Source of the DNA: a virus
Length of the DNA: 64,000 nt
Reading direction: 5' to 3' (one strand)
IMG/VR virus record: IMGVR_UViG_3300009181_006602
Span: 26,525-90,524 of that record
Under the pieces are notes generated by a model. That model was given only the letters and a program-made list of their open reading frames with translations, was not told the origin of the DNA and did not search any database. Position 1 is the stretch's first letter. Each line of letters opens with the position of its first letter. Positions 28,781 through 38,161 of this stretch are shown in pieces. The position numbers and the translations under genes are program-made.

Positions 28781-29739
28781 AAAAACCTTGTCACTTTTTA
28801 GTGACAGGCGGTTTGGGGTTTATAGGTAGCTTCTTCATAGAAAAATGCTTGTCTTTAGGTCATAGCGTAACGAACATCGATAAGATCACCTATGCTTCGA
28901 ATACTGATATAAAGTTTATCGGAGAATATAAATTCATTCAAGAAGACATATGCGACATTAAAGAAATACCCAACTGTGACATTATAGTAAATTTCGCCGC
29001 CGAGTCACATGTAGATAATTCAATAACTGAAAGCTTTAACTTTTTGAATTCCAACGTTAAGGGTATTTATAACTTGTTGGAAATAATAAAGAACAACAAA
29101 ATAAAAAGTGCTTTGGCGGCTCAAAAATATGCTAGTCCATTATTTGTACAGATTAGCACCGACGAAGTCTTTGGAGATATAGCTGAAGGATTTTTTAAGG
29201 AAGAAGATAGACACAAAGCCAGCAATCCTTATTCGGCGACTAAAGCCGCCGCAGAACAAATATTATTTGCGTGGGCCAGAACTTATGATATACCTTTTTT
29301 GATGACTAGAACAACGAACAATTATGGTAAAAGGCAACATCCTGAAAAGTTGATACCGAGAGTTATAACGAAGTTACTAGCAGGAGAAAAAGCCCCTATT
29401 CACGGTAACGGTTCATATATTAGAAACTGGATTCACGTCGAAGATAATATCGAAGCGATATTACGAGTTATCGATCTTGGAACTCTAAATGAAGTTTATC
29501 ATATTGCTTCCGAAGAAGAATATACTGTTAATGAAGTTGTCGAGCGAATTTGTAGAGTTTTAAATTTAAACTTTAAAGACAGAACAGACTATAGTTCAGA
29601 TAGAGCCGGTGCTGATTCAAGGTATGCACTTGATTTTCAAAAGATAACAAAACTAGGCTGGGTTCCAAAGAGAAGCCTTGAAGAATCACTAATAGAAATC
29701 GTAGAACACTATAGAAATAAAAATGATACCACTTTTTAA
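28765..29739 (+). CDS. rfbB: dTDP-glucose 4,6-dehydratase
   Basis: VTGGLGFIGS, DKITYA, NFAAESHVDNSI, ISTDEVFG, PYSATKA, NNYG..QHPEKLIP, RNWIHVED. Confidence 0.92.
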   Translation: MEKRLKKPCHFLVTGGLGFIGSFFIEKCLSLGHSVTNIDKITYASNTDIKFIGEYKFIQEDICDIKEIPNCDIIVNFAAESHVDNSITESFNFLNSNVKGIYNLLEIIKNNKIKSALAAQKYASPLFVQISTDEVFGDIAEGFFKEEDRHKASNPYSATKAAAEQILFAWARTYDIPFLMTRTTNNYGKRQHPEKLIPRVITKLLAGEKAPIHGNGSYIRNWIHVEDNIEAILRVIDLGTLNEVYHIASEEEYTVNEVVERICRVLNLNFKDRTDYSSDRAGADSRYALDFQKITKLGWVPKRSLEESLIEIVEHYRNKNDTTF

Positions 29740-30814
29740 GATTCATTCGCCCGCAGGCGTCGGAACAAAAATACAAGAAGTTTTTGATGCAGGAGTTATA
29801 ACTGAAGGAGAATTCTCTGATAAATTCGAAAGCGAGTTTGGTTCTTACGTTGGTAATTCAAACTGCTCTTTAGTTAATAGTTGTACTTCGGCTTTGACAC
29901 TTGCATATAGATTATCAGATCTAGGTCCTGATACGGAAATTATCACGACCCCTATGACCTGTATGGCAACCAACGAACCAGCCCATCTAACAGGAGCAAA
30001 GCTGGTTTTTGCTGACATTGACCCGACAACAGGTAATATTGATCCAGAATCAATAAAGAAAAGGTTATCAAAACGAACTAAAGCAGTCGTCGCCGTTCAT
30101 TGGTCTGGTCAACCTTTCGATATTAACTCAGTACGACATGTCGTTAAACAATATAATCCAAATATCAAGATTATAGAAGACGCCGCCCATGCGCTTGGAG
30201 CGTCTTATGAAAACAAACCTATAGGAGGTCATTCTGATTATGTTTGTTTTTCATTTCAAGCTATCAAACACCTAACGACCGTTGATGGTGGAGCAGTATG
30301 TTCTCTTTTAACAAATGACGACGCCAGGATAAAAAAAATTCGTTGGTTCGGTTTAGATAGAAAATACGTTGGTCCGCGGTGGGAACAAGATATAACAGAA
30401 TCAGGTTATAAGTTTCACATGAATAACGTAAATGCTATCATCGGATTAGAACAGATGAAGCATTTAGACTTTATTGTTAATTCTCATAAGAAAAATGGTA
30501 AACTATACGATACAAGGATAAACAATCCTAAAATCGAAAAGCTTCGTCGAGATAGTTGCGCAGAGTCTTCTTACTGGATCTATTCGTTACTCGTTGACAA
30601 CAAAGAAAAATTCAAACAACATCTTGCTATGAACGGGATAGCTTCAGATGTAGTTCACGTGCGTAACGATCACTATAGCGTCTTTGGAGATTTTAAACAA
30701 CAAGACCTCAGCGGGACCGATAAGTTTTGTAATAAGATGATTAATATACCTGTAGGTTGGTGGTTGAGCGATGCCGATTTAGATAAAATAGTCGATGTCG
30801 TTAATAACTACTAA
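29723..30814 (+). CDS. DegT/DnrJ/EryC1/StrS PLP-dependent sugar aminotransferase
   Basis: NSCTSAL, IEDAAHALG, FSFQAIKHLTTVDGG, GYKFHM. Confidence 0.93.
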   Translation: MIPLFKIHSPAGVGTKIQEVFDAGVITEGEFSDKFESEFGSYVGNSNCSLVNSCTSALTLAYRLSDLGPDTEIITTPMTCMATNEPAHLTGAKLVFADIDPTTGNIDPESIKKRLSKRTKAVVAVHWSGQPFDINSVRHVVKQYNPNIKIIEDAAHALGASYENKPIGGHSDYVCFSFQAIKHLTTVDGGAVCSLLTNDDARIKKIRWFGLDRKYVGPRWEQDITESGYKFHMNNVNAIIGLEQMKHLDFIVNSHKKNGKLYDTRINNPKIEKLRRDSCAESSYWIYSLLVDNKEKFKQHLAMNGIASDVVHVRNDHYSVFGDFKQQDLSGTDKFCNKMINIPVGWWLSDADLDKIVDVVNNY

Positions 30815-31285
30815 ATGTATATGATGATAAGTTTAAGACGCGTTAATAAAAGCGATCTTGGTTTTATTAACACCATTAGAAATGACACGTCGACAAGAAG
30901 TCAGTTAGAGAATACTAATACTATTTCTTTAGAAGAAACAGTCAAATGGTTTAATGAAAAATCTCCAATTTGGTTTATTATTAATCGCGAAATTGAACAA
31001 GTAGGTTATATTAGAACTAGCTTCGATACGGGTACTTCTATCTGTATAGGCTGTGATATAGCGCCAGCACAAAGAGGAAAAGGATATGCCGAGGCAGCAT
31101 ATCGACACTTGATTCCTGAGCTATATGAAAAAGGCTATTCAATAATTTGGTTAGATGTATATCGTGACAATATACCTGCATATAACTTATATAAAAAACT
31201 AGGATTCTATGAAGTCGGATCAAGTTGTAGAATTATTAATAATAGAGAATACATCACGATGATCCACGCGAGGAAGAATACGTGA
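30815..31285 (+). CDS. GNAT-family N-acetyltransferase (PseH-like)
   Basis: QRGKGYA acetyl-CoA loop, NIPAYNLYKKLGF. Confidence 0.88.
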   Translation: MYMMISLRRVNKSDLGFINTIRNDTSTRSQLENTNTISLEETVKWFNEKSPIWFIINREIEQVGYIRTSFDTGTSICIGCDIAPAQRGKGYAEAAYRHLIPELYEKGYSIIWLDVYRDNIPAYNLYKKLGFYEVGSSCRIINNREYITMIHARKNT

Positions 31286-32088
31286 CAGTAGATTTGCAAA
31301 TAGCGATACCGTGTGGTCCTAATAGCGAAAGATTCGCCAACTTTTTAATTAAGACTATCGAATCCACAATATCGAAAACATTGAATTATCGTTTTTTAAT
31401 AGGTGTCAATAAACCTAAAGTCGATAAGACCATAATAATCGGTGACCATCCTGCAAATAAATTTGATTTTATAGAAGAATTTTCGCAAGAGACAAGTAGC
31501 CTAGGCCACGCGCATTGTCTTAATCTCATGTTAAAAAACATGAATTCTAAGTTTGGATTTTTTTTAGATTCTGACGTGGCAGTTCTAGAAAAAAATTGGG
31601 ATATTCTATTATTGGATAAGTTAAAAGATAGAACTATCATGATAGGTAGCGAATATCATCACTCTGATGGCAAGATGGTGAAAAAGCCTAATGTTATTAC
31701 TTGCGCGTTTGACATCGAAATCTTTAAAAAACTAAAGCTAAACTTTACGCCTTCTTTAAAAAAGATAGTTACGACTCATGAAACAGCACAGTTTTATGGA
31801 ACACAAATTGGGCAATCCATTATGTTGGATACAGGTTGCGAAATTATGGAAACTATCTCAAAAAACGGATATGAAACAGACACTCTAAAAATAGTGTCTT
31901 CTCGTTATCAAGAAACCGTGTCTGAATTAAAGGTCTTAGATTCTTATCAACGCGGTGAAGAATATCATCTAAACGATAAGCCTATTTGTACTCATATAGG
32001 ACGATCATTAACTAGAGATTTCAAAAAAGACCCTATCGTCAAGGCGTGGAAAGATAGCGTTGAACATTGGCTTTATGGGAAAATCTGA
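31282..32088 (+). CDS. Putative GT-A glycosyltransferase
   Basis: IAIPCG, SLGHAHCLN, FFLDSDV (DxD), LDTG. Confidence 0.65.
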   Translation: MTVDLQIAIPCGPNSERFANFLIKTIESTISKTLNYRFLIGVNKPKVDKTIIIGDHPANKFDFIEEFSQETSSLGHAHCLNLMLKNMNSKFGFFLDSDVAVLEKNWDILLLDKLKDRTIMIGSEYHHSDGKMVKKPNVITCAFDIEIFKKLKLNFTPSLKKIVTTHETAQFYGTQIGQSIMLDTGCEIMETISKNGYETDTLKIVSSRYQETVSELKVLDSYQRGEEYHLNDKPICTHIGRSLTRDFKKDPIVKAWKDSVEHWLYGKI

Positions 32089-32707
32089 TCCTATTATACT
32101 CAAGGAATATGCCAGATTTCTTGAAAGCGAAATAAGTTTATGTAACTCGGTGGCATTTTTAGGATTTAATCAAGAGAATTCTTTTACGCTTGGTGTCAAG
32201 GCAGATGTAAGACATTTTTATGATGCGCAATTAAACAATTGGGATATTAACGATGACTGGTCATTGAAACAAAATTACGATTTAATCGTGTGTACGCGGT
32301 GTGCTTATTTCTCAAAAGAACCTTCAAGGTTTATAGAAAAGTGTAAACAACATCTTAACGATGCCGGCCTTGCGATGGTCGACTGGGGCTTAGGCGACCA
32401 TTGGAGATTTAACAACTACAAGGTAGGTTGGTTACGAGATGGGGAACACGAGTTTGCCTACAAACAAGAAAATTTTTTGTATTCTTGCTTTTGGAATGAA
32501 AATCTACGAAAAGACGTTAATGTAGAATTATTTTGGAACCAGATTTTAACAAACAAAAAATTTGGCTACACGTTAAATAACGACTTAGAAGAAGTCATAA
32601 AAGAAGAGGTGCCGAGCTTAGTCAATTATGACATAAAAAAAATTAAAACTATTTTTCTTTGGCCTGAATCTCCGCAACTTTATATTATTACATTAATTCA
32701 AAAATGA
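32075..32707 (+). CDS. Methyltransferase-like protein (degenerate motif I)
   Basis: VAFLGF, YDLIVCTRC...HLNDAGL resembles the class I MTase fold. Start at ATG 32075. Confidence 0.5.
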   Translation: MGKSDPIILKEYARFLESEISLCNSVAFLGFNQENSFTLGVKADVRHFYDAQLNNWDINDDWSLKQNYDLIVCTRCAYFSKEPSRFIEKCKQHLNDAGLAMVDWGLGDHWRFNNYKVGWLRDGEHEFAYKQENFLYSCFWNENLRKDVNVELFWNQILTNKKFGYTLNNDLEEVIKEEVPSLVNYDIKKIKTIFLWPESPQLYIITLIQK

Positions 32708-32714
32708 GCGAGAT

Positions 32715-33698
32715 ATGACAGCAATGCCAAAACTAGGATTTATTCTTGACGGAATGACATATTTGAAGTATTACATTCCATTGATAGAGGAAGCAAACAC
32801 ACGTGGCTTTCACTCAACTTTTTTAATTTCTAGAAGCTACAAATATAACTGTCCTTATGTAAGTGACCACCAGCAGATATTAAAAAATATTTGCGATATC
32901 TATAATATAGACTTACAAATCCTCGATGAAAAAATCACTAAAAAGCTTGACGTTATATTCACTGTAGAAGGAACAAAGATACAACACATCGAAAAATCTA
33001 AAATCTTTTCTTTGTGTTACTCAACAGACTTTACATTATCGTATGAATCTTATATTGATAACGTAAAATACGCGATTATGTCTAGCAAGTTTATTGCGAA
33101 CTATTATGGGAAAACAAAAAGCAATAATCTTTATCTTGGAACTCCAAAGTTTGATGTCAAGTTAGATGATGCAATAATTAGAAATAAATACAATTTAGAT
33201 AACGATAAATATGTCACCATATTTTATCCGCGTTTAAGAGACATCTCGAGCGCGCCTTTAAGAAAAATAACGGAAGATTTAAATAAATTAGGTTATAAGC
33301 CTATTCTTAAAACTAGATTAAAAGATCCTATCGCAGAGGCTGATTATCATTTGTCTAAATTTAATTTTGCAGACGCTTCATGGCATCCCCATACATCGCT
33401 TGAATTAATAAAAATTAGCGATTTTGTTATTAATTTTAGTTCCAGCGCAATAGAAGAAACTACAGCATTACAAACACCACTAATTAATTTCCATATTAAG
33501 CCATTTAAAAAGCCTTTTGAATTCTTATATGAGTCTTCTTTCGTTCAAAATATGGACACAAATTATTCATTACAGGAATTCAAAAATGCGGTTGATAGAC
33601 TAACAACGCTTGATTTTTCTAATGATTTCTTTGAAGCTAATAAAAAAATGTTCGATACAAAAGTTTCATCAAAAGATATTATTGACAAAATAACATGA
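32715..33698 (+). CDS. GT-B fold protein (CDP-glycerol phosphotransferase / sialyltransferase-like)
   Basis: LGTPKFD and ELIKISDFVINFSSSAIEETTALQTP. Located directly upstream of the NeuA-like and NeuB-like genes. Confidence 0.6.
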   Translation: MTAMPKLGFILDGMTYLKYYIPLIEEANTRGFHSTFLISRSYKYNCPYVSDHQQILKNICDIYNIDLQILDEKITKKLDVIFTVEGTKIQHIEKSKIFSLCYSTDFTLSYESYIDNVKYAIMSSKFIANYYGKTKSNNLYLGTPKFDVKLDDAIIRNKYNLDNDKYVTIFYPRLRDISSAPLRKITEDLNKLGYKPILKTRLKDPIAEADYHLSKFNFADASWHPHTSLELIKISDFVINFSSSAIEETTALQTPLINFHIKPFKKPFEFLYESSFVQNMDTNYSLQEFKNAVDRLTTLDFSNDFFEANKKMFDTKVSSKDIIDKIT

Positions 33699-34255
33699 AA
33701 GTTACAGTAATCATTCCAGCCCGCGGAGGTTCAAAAAGATTAAAAAATAAAAACGTGTACCTAGTTTGGGGTATGCCTATGATTTATTGGGCAATTAAAG
33801 CATGCAAGGAATCTAAGCATAATCTTGATGTATGGGTCACAACTGACACGTCAGACATAGCAAAAATAGCTGAATCATTCGGTGCTAATATTATTATGCG
33901 AGATGATTCTACTTCTAATGATTTAACATTTAAGCAAGTTGCCATTAGAGAAGCCGCCGCTAAAATAGATTCACAAAAGGGTCAAAGCGAAATTTATATT
34001 TCATTGCAACCAAATTCTCCTGAAATTAAATCTATCGATCTTGATGGTGCCATAGATTGCTTATTGAAAAACAATAAAGATGAAATAATTAGCGTAGACT
34101 CAAACTTTATGCAAAATGGAGCGTTTAGAATTTTCAAAGGAAAATATGTTTATCAACAAGATCTATCAACAAATTGCGGGTTTTATATTTGCAATTTAAA
34201 GGACATACATACAGTTAAAGATGTTGAGGCCTTGATAGACGAAAAGAAAAATTAG
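33695..34255 (+). CDS. Acylneuraminate cytidylyltransferase family (NeuA/PseF-like)
   Basis: IIPARGGSKRLKNKN, WVTTD, LQPNSP, QNGAF, DIHTVKD. Confidence 0.9.
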   Translation: MKVTVIIPARGGSKRLKNKNVYLVWGMPMIYWAIKACKESKHNLDVWVTTDTSDIAKIAESFGANIIMRDDSTSNDLTFKQVAIREAAAKIDSQKGQSEIYISLQPNSPEIKSIDLDGAIDCLLKNNKDEIISVDSNFMQNGAFRIFKGKYVYQQDLSTNCGFYICNLKDIHTVKDVEALIDEKKN

Positions 34256-34319
34256 ATTTATAGATTGCAGTGCGAATATCGGTCAATCAATAGAGCGGGC
34301 AATTAAATGCTTTAATTAA
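34239..34319 (+). pseudogene. Relic N-terminus of an FkbM-type methyltransferase
   Basis: Frame reads (ACG)KRKIRFIDCSANIGQSIERAIKCFN*. FIDCSANIGQS is one substitution from the FkbM motif FIDCGANIGQS, and the would-be start codon is ACG. Confidence 0.55.
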
Positions 34320-34333
34320 ATAGGATTAATAAC

Positions 34334-35023
34334 ATGACATATATTATAAGCGAAATTTGTGGTCAGTGGGGCGGTTCAGAGAGAAAAGCAGAACAAATGA
34401 TTCTTCAATCGAAGATGATGGGAGCCGATGCAGTTAAAGTACAACTATTCGACACATATAAACTGCCAGGACAAGATCGACACCTATGGGAATATTTGTC
34501 GATGAAGAGAGAATGTTTTATTCGTTTGGCTGAGTTTAGTAAGAGATTGAATATTGATTTTTTTGCTTCCGCTTTTGACGAAGAGAGGTTTCAATGGATT
34601 CAAGACGCCAATCTAAAATATAATAAAATAGCAAGTTCATTAATAGAACTTGATCCAGATCTTTGCAGAGTTATGTTAGATTCTAATATGAAAACTTTTT
34701 TCTCTTTAGGTAAGTGGAACAATACAAACTTACCTTTCGAAGATACTAATATTGAATATTTTCATTGCGTAGCAAAGTATCCGCATACATTCGAAGAAGC
34801 GCTTCAAACCTTGCCACAAACTTTTGATAATAGAGTGTCTGGTTACTCAGATCATGTAGTCGGAATAGATGCAGCGAAAGAAGCTGCTCGCCGTGGCGCA
34901 AAATATATTGAGAAACACTTTACGTTAGACAAAAATTCGCAATCTAAGACTGAAGGAGCCCACGCGTGCAGTATGGACATGGAAGACTTAAGATGTTTGA
35001 GATTATTTTGTGATTCGCTATGA
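34334..35023 (+). CDS. N-acetylneuraminate synthase family (NeuB/PseI-like), lacking the C-terminal SAF domain
   Basis: YIISEI, GADAVKVQ, FFASAFD, KIASS, FHCVAKYP, GYSDH, GAKYIEKHFTL. Confidence 0.9.
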   Translation: MTYIISEICGQWGGSERKAEQMILQSKMMGADAVKVQLFDTYKLPGQDRHLWEYLSMKRECFIRLAEFSKRLNIDFFASAFDEERFQWIQDANLKYNKIASSLIELDPDLCRVMLDSNMKTFFSLGKWNNTNLPFEDTNIEYFHCVAKYPHTFEEALQTLPQTFDNRVSGYSDHVVGIDAAKEAARRGAKYIEKHFTLDKNSQSKTEGAHACSMDMEDLRCLRLFCDSL

Positions 35024-35805
35024 TAGATTTTTCTATAATCGTCACAATAAAAAATAGAAAAGAACATTTTTTAAAAACGTTTTCTTCTTTGGTTACCCAA
35101 CAACAACCATGGTCATACGAGGTTAATTTTATCGATTATGGTTCTCAGGATGGCTTTGGCGAATCTTTAAAAAAAGAGACGATAAGATACACGGATCTTT
35201 TTTCAGATTCGCTTAAAGCGATTAATAGAATCTTTATAGAAGACGATCTTAAGTTCAATAGCGGCAAAGCAAAAAACATAGGTTCTTATTTTTCTAGTGG
35301 GAATTTTGTTTCATTCTCCGACGTTGATGTATTTCTTGGTATGGATTATCATCGACATTGGCTTCAGCTGTTGATGTATAATGACAAACACTTTTTTTCT
35401 TCTCGTGTACAAGAAACTACAGAAAGATGTTCTAGACGATTAACTTCAAAAACCAATTATGGAAATATGATAGTTGCTAAATCTAGCTTTAATGTTGTGG
35501 GTGGTTTCGATGAAAATAATCCGACGTGGGGCGGCGATGATGATGATATCGTTCATAGATTAAAGTTATATGGATTAAGAGAAATTAATCCTCATGATGT
35601 TTATGAATCACATCACACTAGCATTATTCATGATGACGAGCTTAGAACTAAATTTCTTGAATCATCGGAAAAAGATTCTATAATATCAAAACAAAAGCTA
35701 ATTGCTATTTATAATAATACAAGTTTTATTAATCCCAATTTTTTGTTTTTTTACAATGATATAAAAAGTTTAGTTAAAGTTGAAAAAATATATGAACGTA
35801 CCTGA
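35020..35805 (+). CDS. Glycosyltransferase (GT2 with a GT7-like C-terminal motif)
   Basis: IDYGSQD, FNSGKAKNIG, FSDVD, VGGFDENNPTWGGDDDDIVHRL. Confidence 0.85.
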   Translation: MIDFSIIVTIKNRKEHFLKTFSSLVTQQQPWSYEVNFIDYGSQDGFGESLKKETIRYTDLFSDSLKAINRIFIEDDLKFNSGKAKNIGSYFSSGNFVSFSDVDVFLGMDYHRHWLQLLMYNDKHFFSSRVQETTERCSRRLTSKTNYGNMIVAKSSFNVVGGFDENNPTWGGDDDDIVHRLKLYGLREINPHDVYESHHTSIIHDDELRTKFLESSEKDSIISKQKLIAIYNNTSFINPNFLFFYNDIKSLVKVEKIYERT

Positions 35806-36412
35806 TGTTTCAATAATCGTTACTAACTATAACTATGCGCCTTATCTTCAGCGTTGTTTAAGAAGCATTTTAAATCAAGAAAGTATTAATCATGAAATCA
35901 TTGTTATCGATGATTGTTCTACAGATAATTCTTTAGAGACACTAAACGTTTTTAAAAATGACGTCAAAATTCTTTCGACACAAACAAATTCTGGCGTAGC
36001 AGCAGCCGCTAACATCGGTATAAAAGCAGCCCGCGGACAATTTATAATAAGAGTTGATGCAGATGACTACGTGTCTTCTAACATGTGCTATTTCATGAAA
36101 ACATATTTAGAATCAAATCATGATGCATTCTGTGTGTCATGCGATTATCATATAGTCGATAATCACGAAAACTCCGTACAAAGAAAATACGCAGAAAAAG
36201 ATCCTATCTCATGCGGTATTATGTATAGAAAAGATCTTTTCTTACAACTTGGCGGATACAACGACGCTATGAGACATAGAGAAGAAGAAGAACTTCGAAA
36301 AAGATTAGGCGAATATTATCAAATACATCACCTAAAAATCCCATTCTATCGTTATAGAATGCACAATAGTAACAAGACAAAAACGTCAGAATATAGTGAA
36401 TGCAAAATTTAA
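35792..36412 (+). CDS. Glycosyltransferase family 2
   Basis: VSIIVTNYN, VIDDCSTD, NIGIKAARG, RVDADD. Start at ATG 35792. Confidence 0.92.
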   Translation: MNVPDVSIIVTNYNYAPYLQRCLRSILNQESINHEIIVIDDCSTDNSLETLNVFKNDVKILSTQTNSGVAAAANIGIKAARGQFIIRVDADDYVSSNMCYFMKTYLESNHDAFCVSCDYHIVDNHENSVQRKYAEKDPISCGIMYRKDLFLQLGGYNDAMRHREEEELRKRLGEYYQIHHLKIPFYRYRMHNSNKTKTSEYSECKI

Positions 36413-36431
36413 TATTAAAAATCGAGGTTTT

Positions 36432-37187
36432 ATGAGAGTCGGTATTCTTGGATATGGAGAGATAGGACAAGCTATTCATAAGTTGTATAGCAATTCATGC
36501 AATAACTTGAATACGCAAATATTCATTAAAGATTTAAATAGAAATGATGAATTTCAAAATTTAGATGTTTTAAACGTGTCTATTCCATATAATGATTCTT
36601 TCAATTTTATAGATGTTGTAAGCACCATTGCGATTGAATCAAATGCAAAAATGTTGATTGTTCACTCGACGATACAGGTCGGCACTATTAAAAAATTAAA
36701 AGAAATATTGCCGAATACAAAAATTGCGCATTCTCCGTGCAGAGGAATTCATCCAAATCTTTATGAAGGATTATTAACATTTCCAAAATTCGTTGGAGCA
36801 ACATCAACGTTAGACGCTGACGAAGTTGCGCAACATTTGCATTTAATTAATATTAAAACTTTTATTTGCAAAAATTCTGAAACAACAGAATTAGCTAAAT
36901 TATTAGATACAAGTTATTATGGAATCTGTATCGCGTTTCATGGAGAAGCTTTTAAAATATGCGAAAAAGCTAATGCAGACTTTGAACAAGCCATGACTAT
37001 ATACAACACATCATACAACGATGGATATACAAAATTAGGAAAACAAAACGTTGTAAGACCAGTTCTTACTTCCCCCGTTGACGGAATCGGTGGCCACTGC
37101 GTTGTAGAAAATGCAGAATTGTTATTAAAACAATTTAACTCGACTGCATTAAATTTGATTGTTGAATATAAAAAGGAAAACAAATGA
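36432..37187 (+). CDS. UDP-glucose/GDP-mannose dehydrogenase family protein (short form)
   Basis: GILGYGEIG, HSTIQVG, TELAKL, GIGGHC (catalytic Cys). Start at ATG 36432 after GAGGT. Confidence 0.8.
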   Translation: MRVGILGYGEIGQAIHKLYSNSCNNLNTQIFIKDLNRNDEFQNLDVLNVSIPYNDSFNFIDVVSTIAIESNAKMLIVHSTIQVGTIKKLKEILPNTKIAHSPCRGIHPNLYEGLLTFPKFVGATSTLDADEVAQHLHLINIKTFICKNSETTELAKLLDTSYYGICIAFHGEAFKICEKANADFEQAMTIYNTSYNDGYTKLGKQNVVRPVLTSPVDGIGGHCVVENAELLLKQFNSTALNLIVEYKKENK

Positions 37188-38125
37188 CACCAATTGCGAT
37201 TGCAATTATCGGACAAGGTTTTGTAGGAGGGTCTTTAGCTACTATTTTTTCCGAACGAGGTTTTGATGTTTATGCTTATGATAAAGCAGGAAAGTATGCA
37301 AAAGGATCTCTACCAAGCCATGGAGATCCAGTTGCAAGTTACCCAGGATCCATTGCAGAATTAATTGGGGATAATGAGAATGGTGGAACACCGGGGTTTT
37401 CTAATGTTTATTTTGTGTGTCTTCCAACACCAATGAATGAAGATGGATCAGCCGATCTTTCTATCGTAGAAGGTGCATTAAAAGAATTGGCAGCTGTTCC
37501 TGGTGAACGAATTGCAGTAGTTAAATCAACTGTTCCACCAGGATCGACTGATCGCTGGAATAAAGAGTTTTTAGAATCTGGACTTCATGTAATTTTTAAT
37601 CCAGAATTTCTAACAGAAGCAAATGCGTTAGATGATATGCGAAACCAAAGTCGTATCATTCTTGGAGGTCCACGCCCGTGGATTAATACCGTTAAGCAAG
37701 TTTTTCAAACAGCATTTCCAAAAGTTCCTCTTATTAAAACATCATCTACTACTGCTGAAATGATAAAATACGTTACTAATAACTTTTTAACTGTAAAGGT
37801 TATGTTCGCAAATGAAATGTATCAAATTTGCAATGCTTTAGATAAAGCCGGCGCCAATGTAGACTATGATAAAGTAATTGAATATGCAAAATATGACAAG
37901 AGATTAGGCGATAGTCATTGGGCAGTGCCAGGTCCAGATGGTCATCTTGGAGTAGGTGGAAGCTGCTTTTGTAAAGACATCAATGCAATGACATATGTTG
38001 CTGATCAATTGAATATTGACACGCCTGTGTTGGACGGCGCGTGGAAAAAGAACTTAGAAGTCCGTCCTGAAAGAGACTGGGAATTGCTTATAGGCCGTGC
38101 TGTCTCCACTAAAAATAACAAGTAA
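37184..38125 (+). CDS. UDP-glucose 6-dehydrogenase family protein (short form)
   Basis: IIGQGFVG, CLPTP, KSTVPPG, FNPEFL, AEMIKY..N, GGSCFCKD. Confidence 0.9.
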   Translation: MTPIAIAIIGQGFVGGSLATIFSERGFDVYAYDKAGKYAKGSLPSHGDPVASYPGSIAELIGDNENGGTPGFSNVYFVCLPTPMNEDGSADLSIVEGALKELAAVPGERIAVVKSTVPPGSTDRWNKEFLESGLHVIFNPEFLTEANALDDMRNQSRIILGGPRPWINTVKQVFQTAFPKVPLIKTSSTTAEMIKYVTNNFLTVKVMFANEMYQICNALDKAGANVDYDKVIEYAKYDKRLGDSHWAVPGPDGHLGVGGSCFCKDINAMTYVADQLNIDTPVLDGAWKKNLEVRPERDWELLIGRAVSTKNNK

Positions 38126-38161
38126 TGAACTAACACATGCTTGCGTAATATAATTGTTTTA
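38126..38161 (+). promoter_or_regulatory. Candidate sigma70-like promoter (TGAACT-N17-TATAAT), leaderless geometry
   Basis: Perfect -10 at 38149-38154, ending 7 nt before ATG 38162. Confidence 0.5.
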
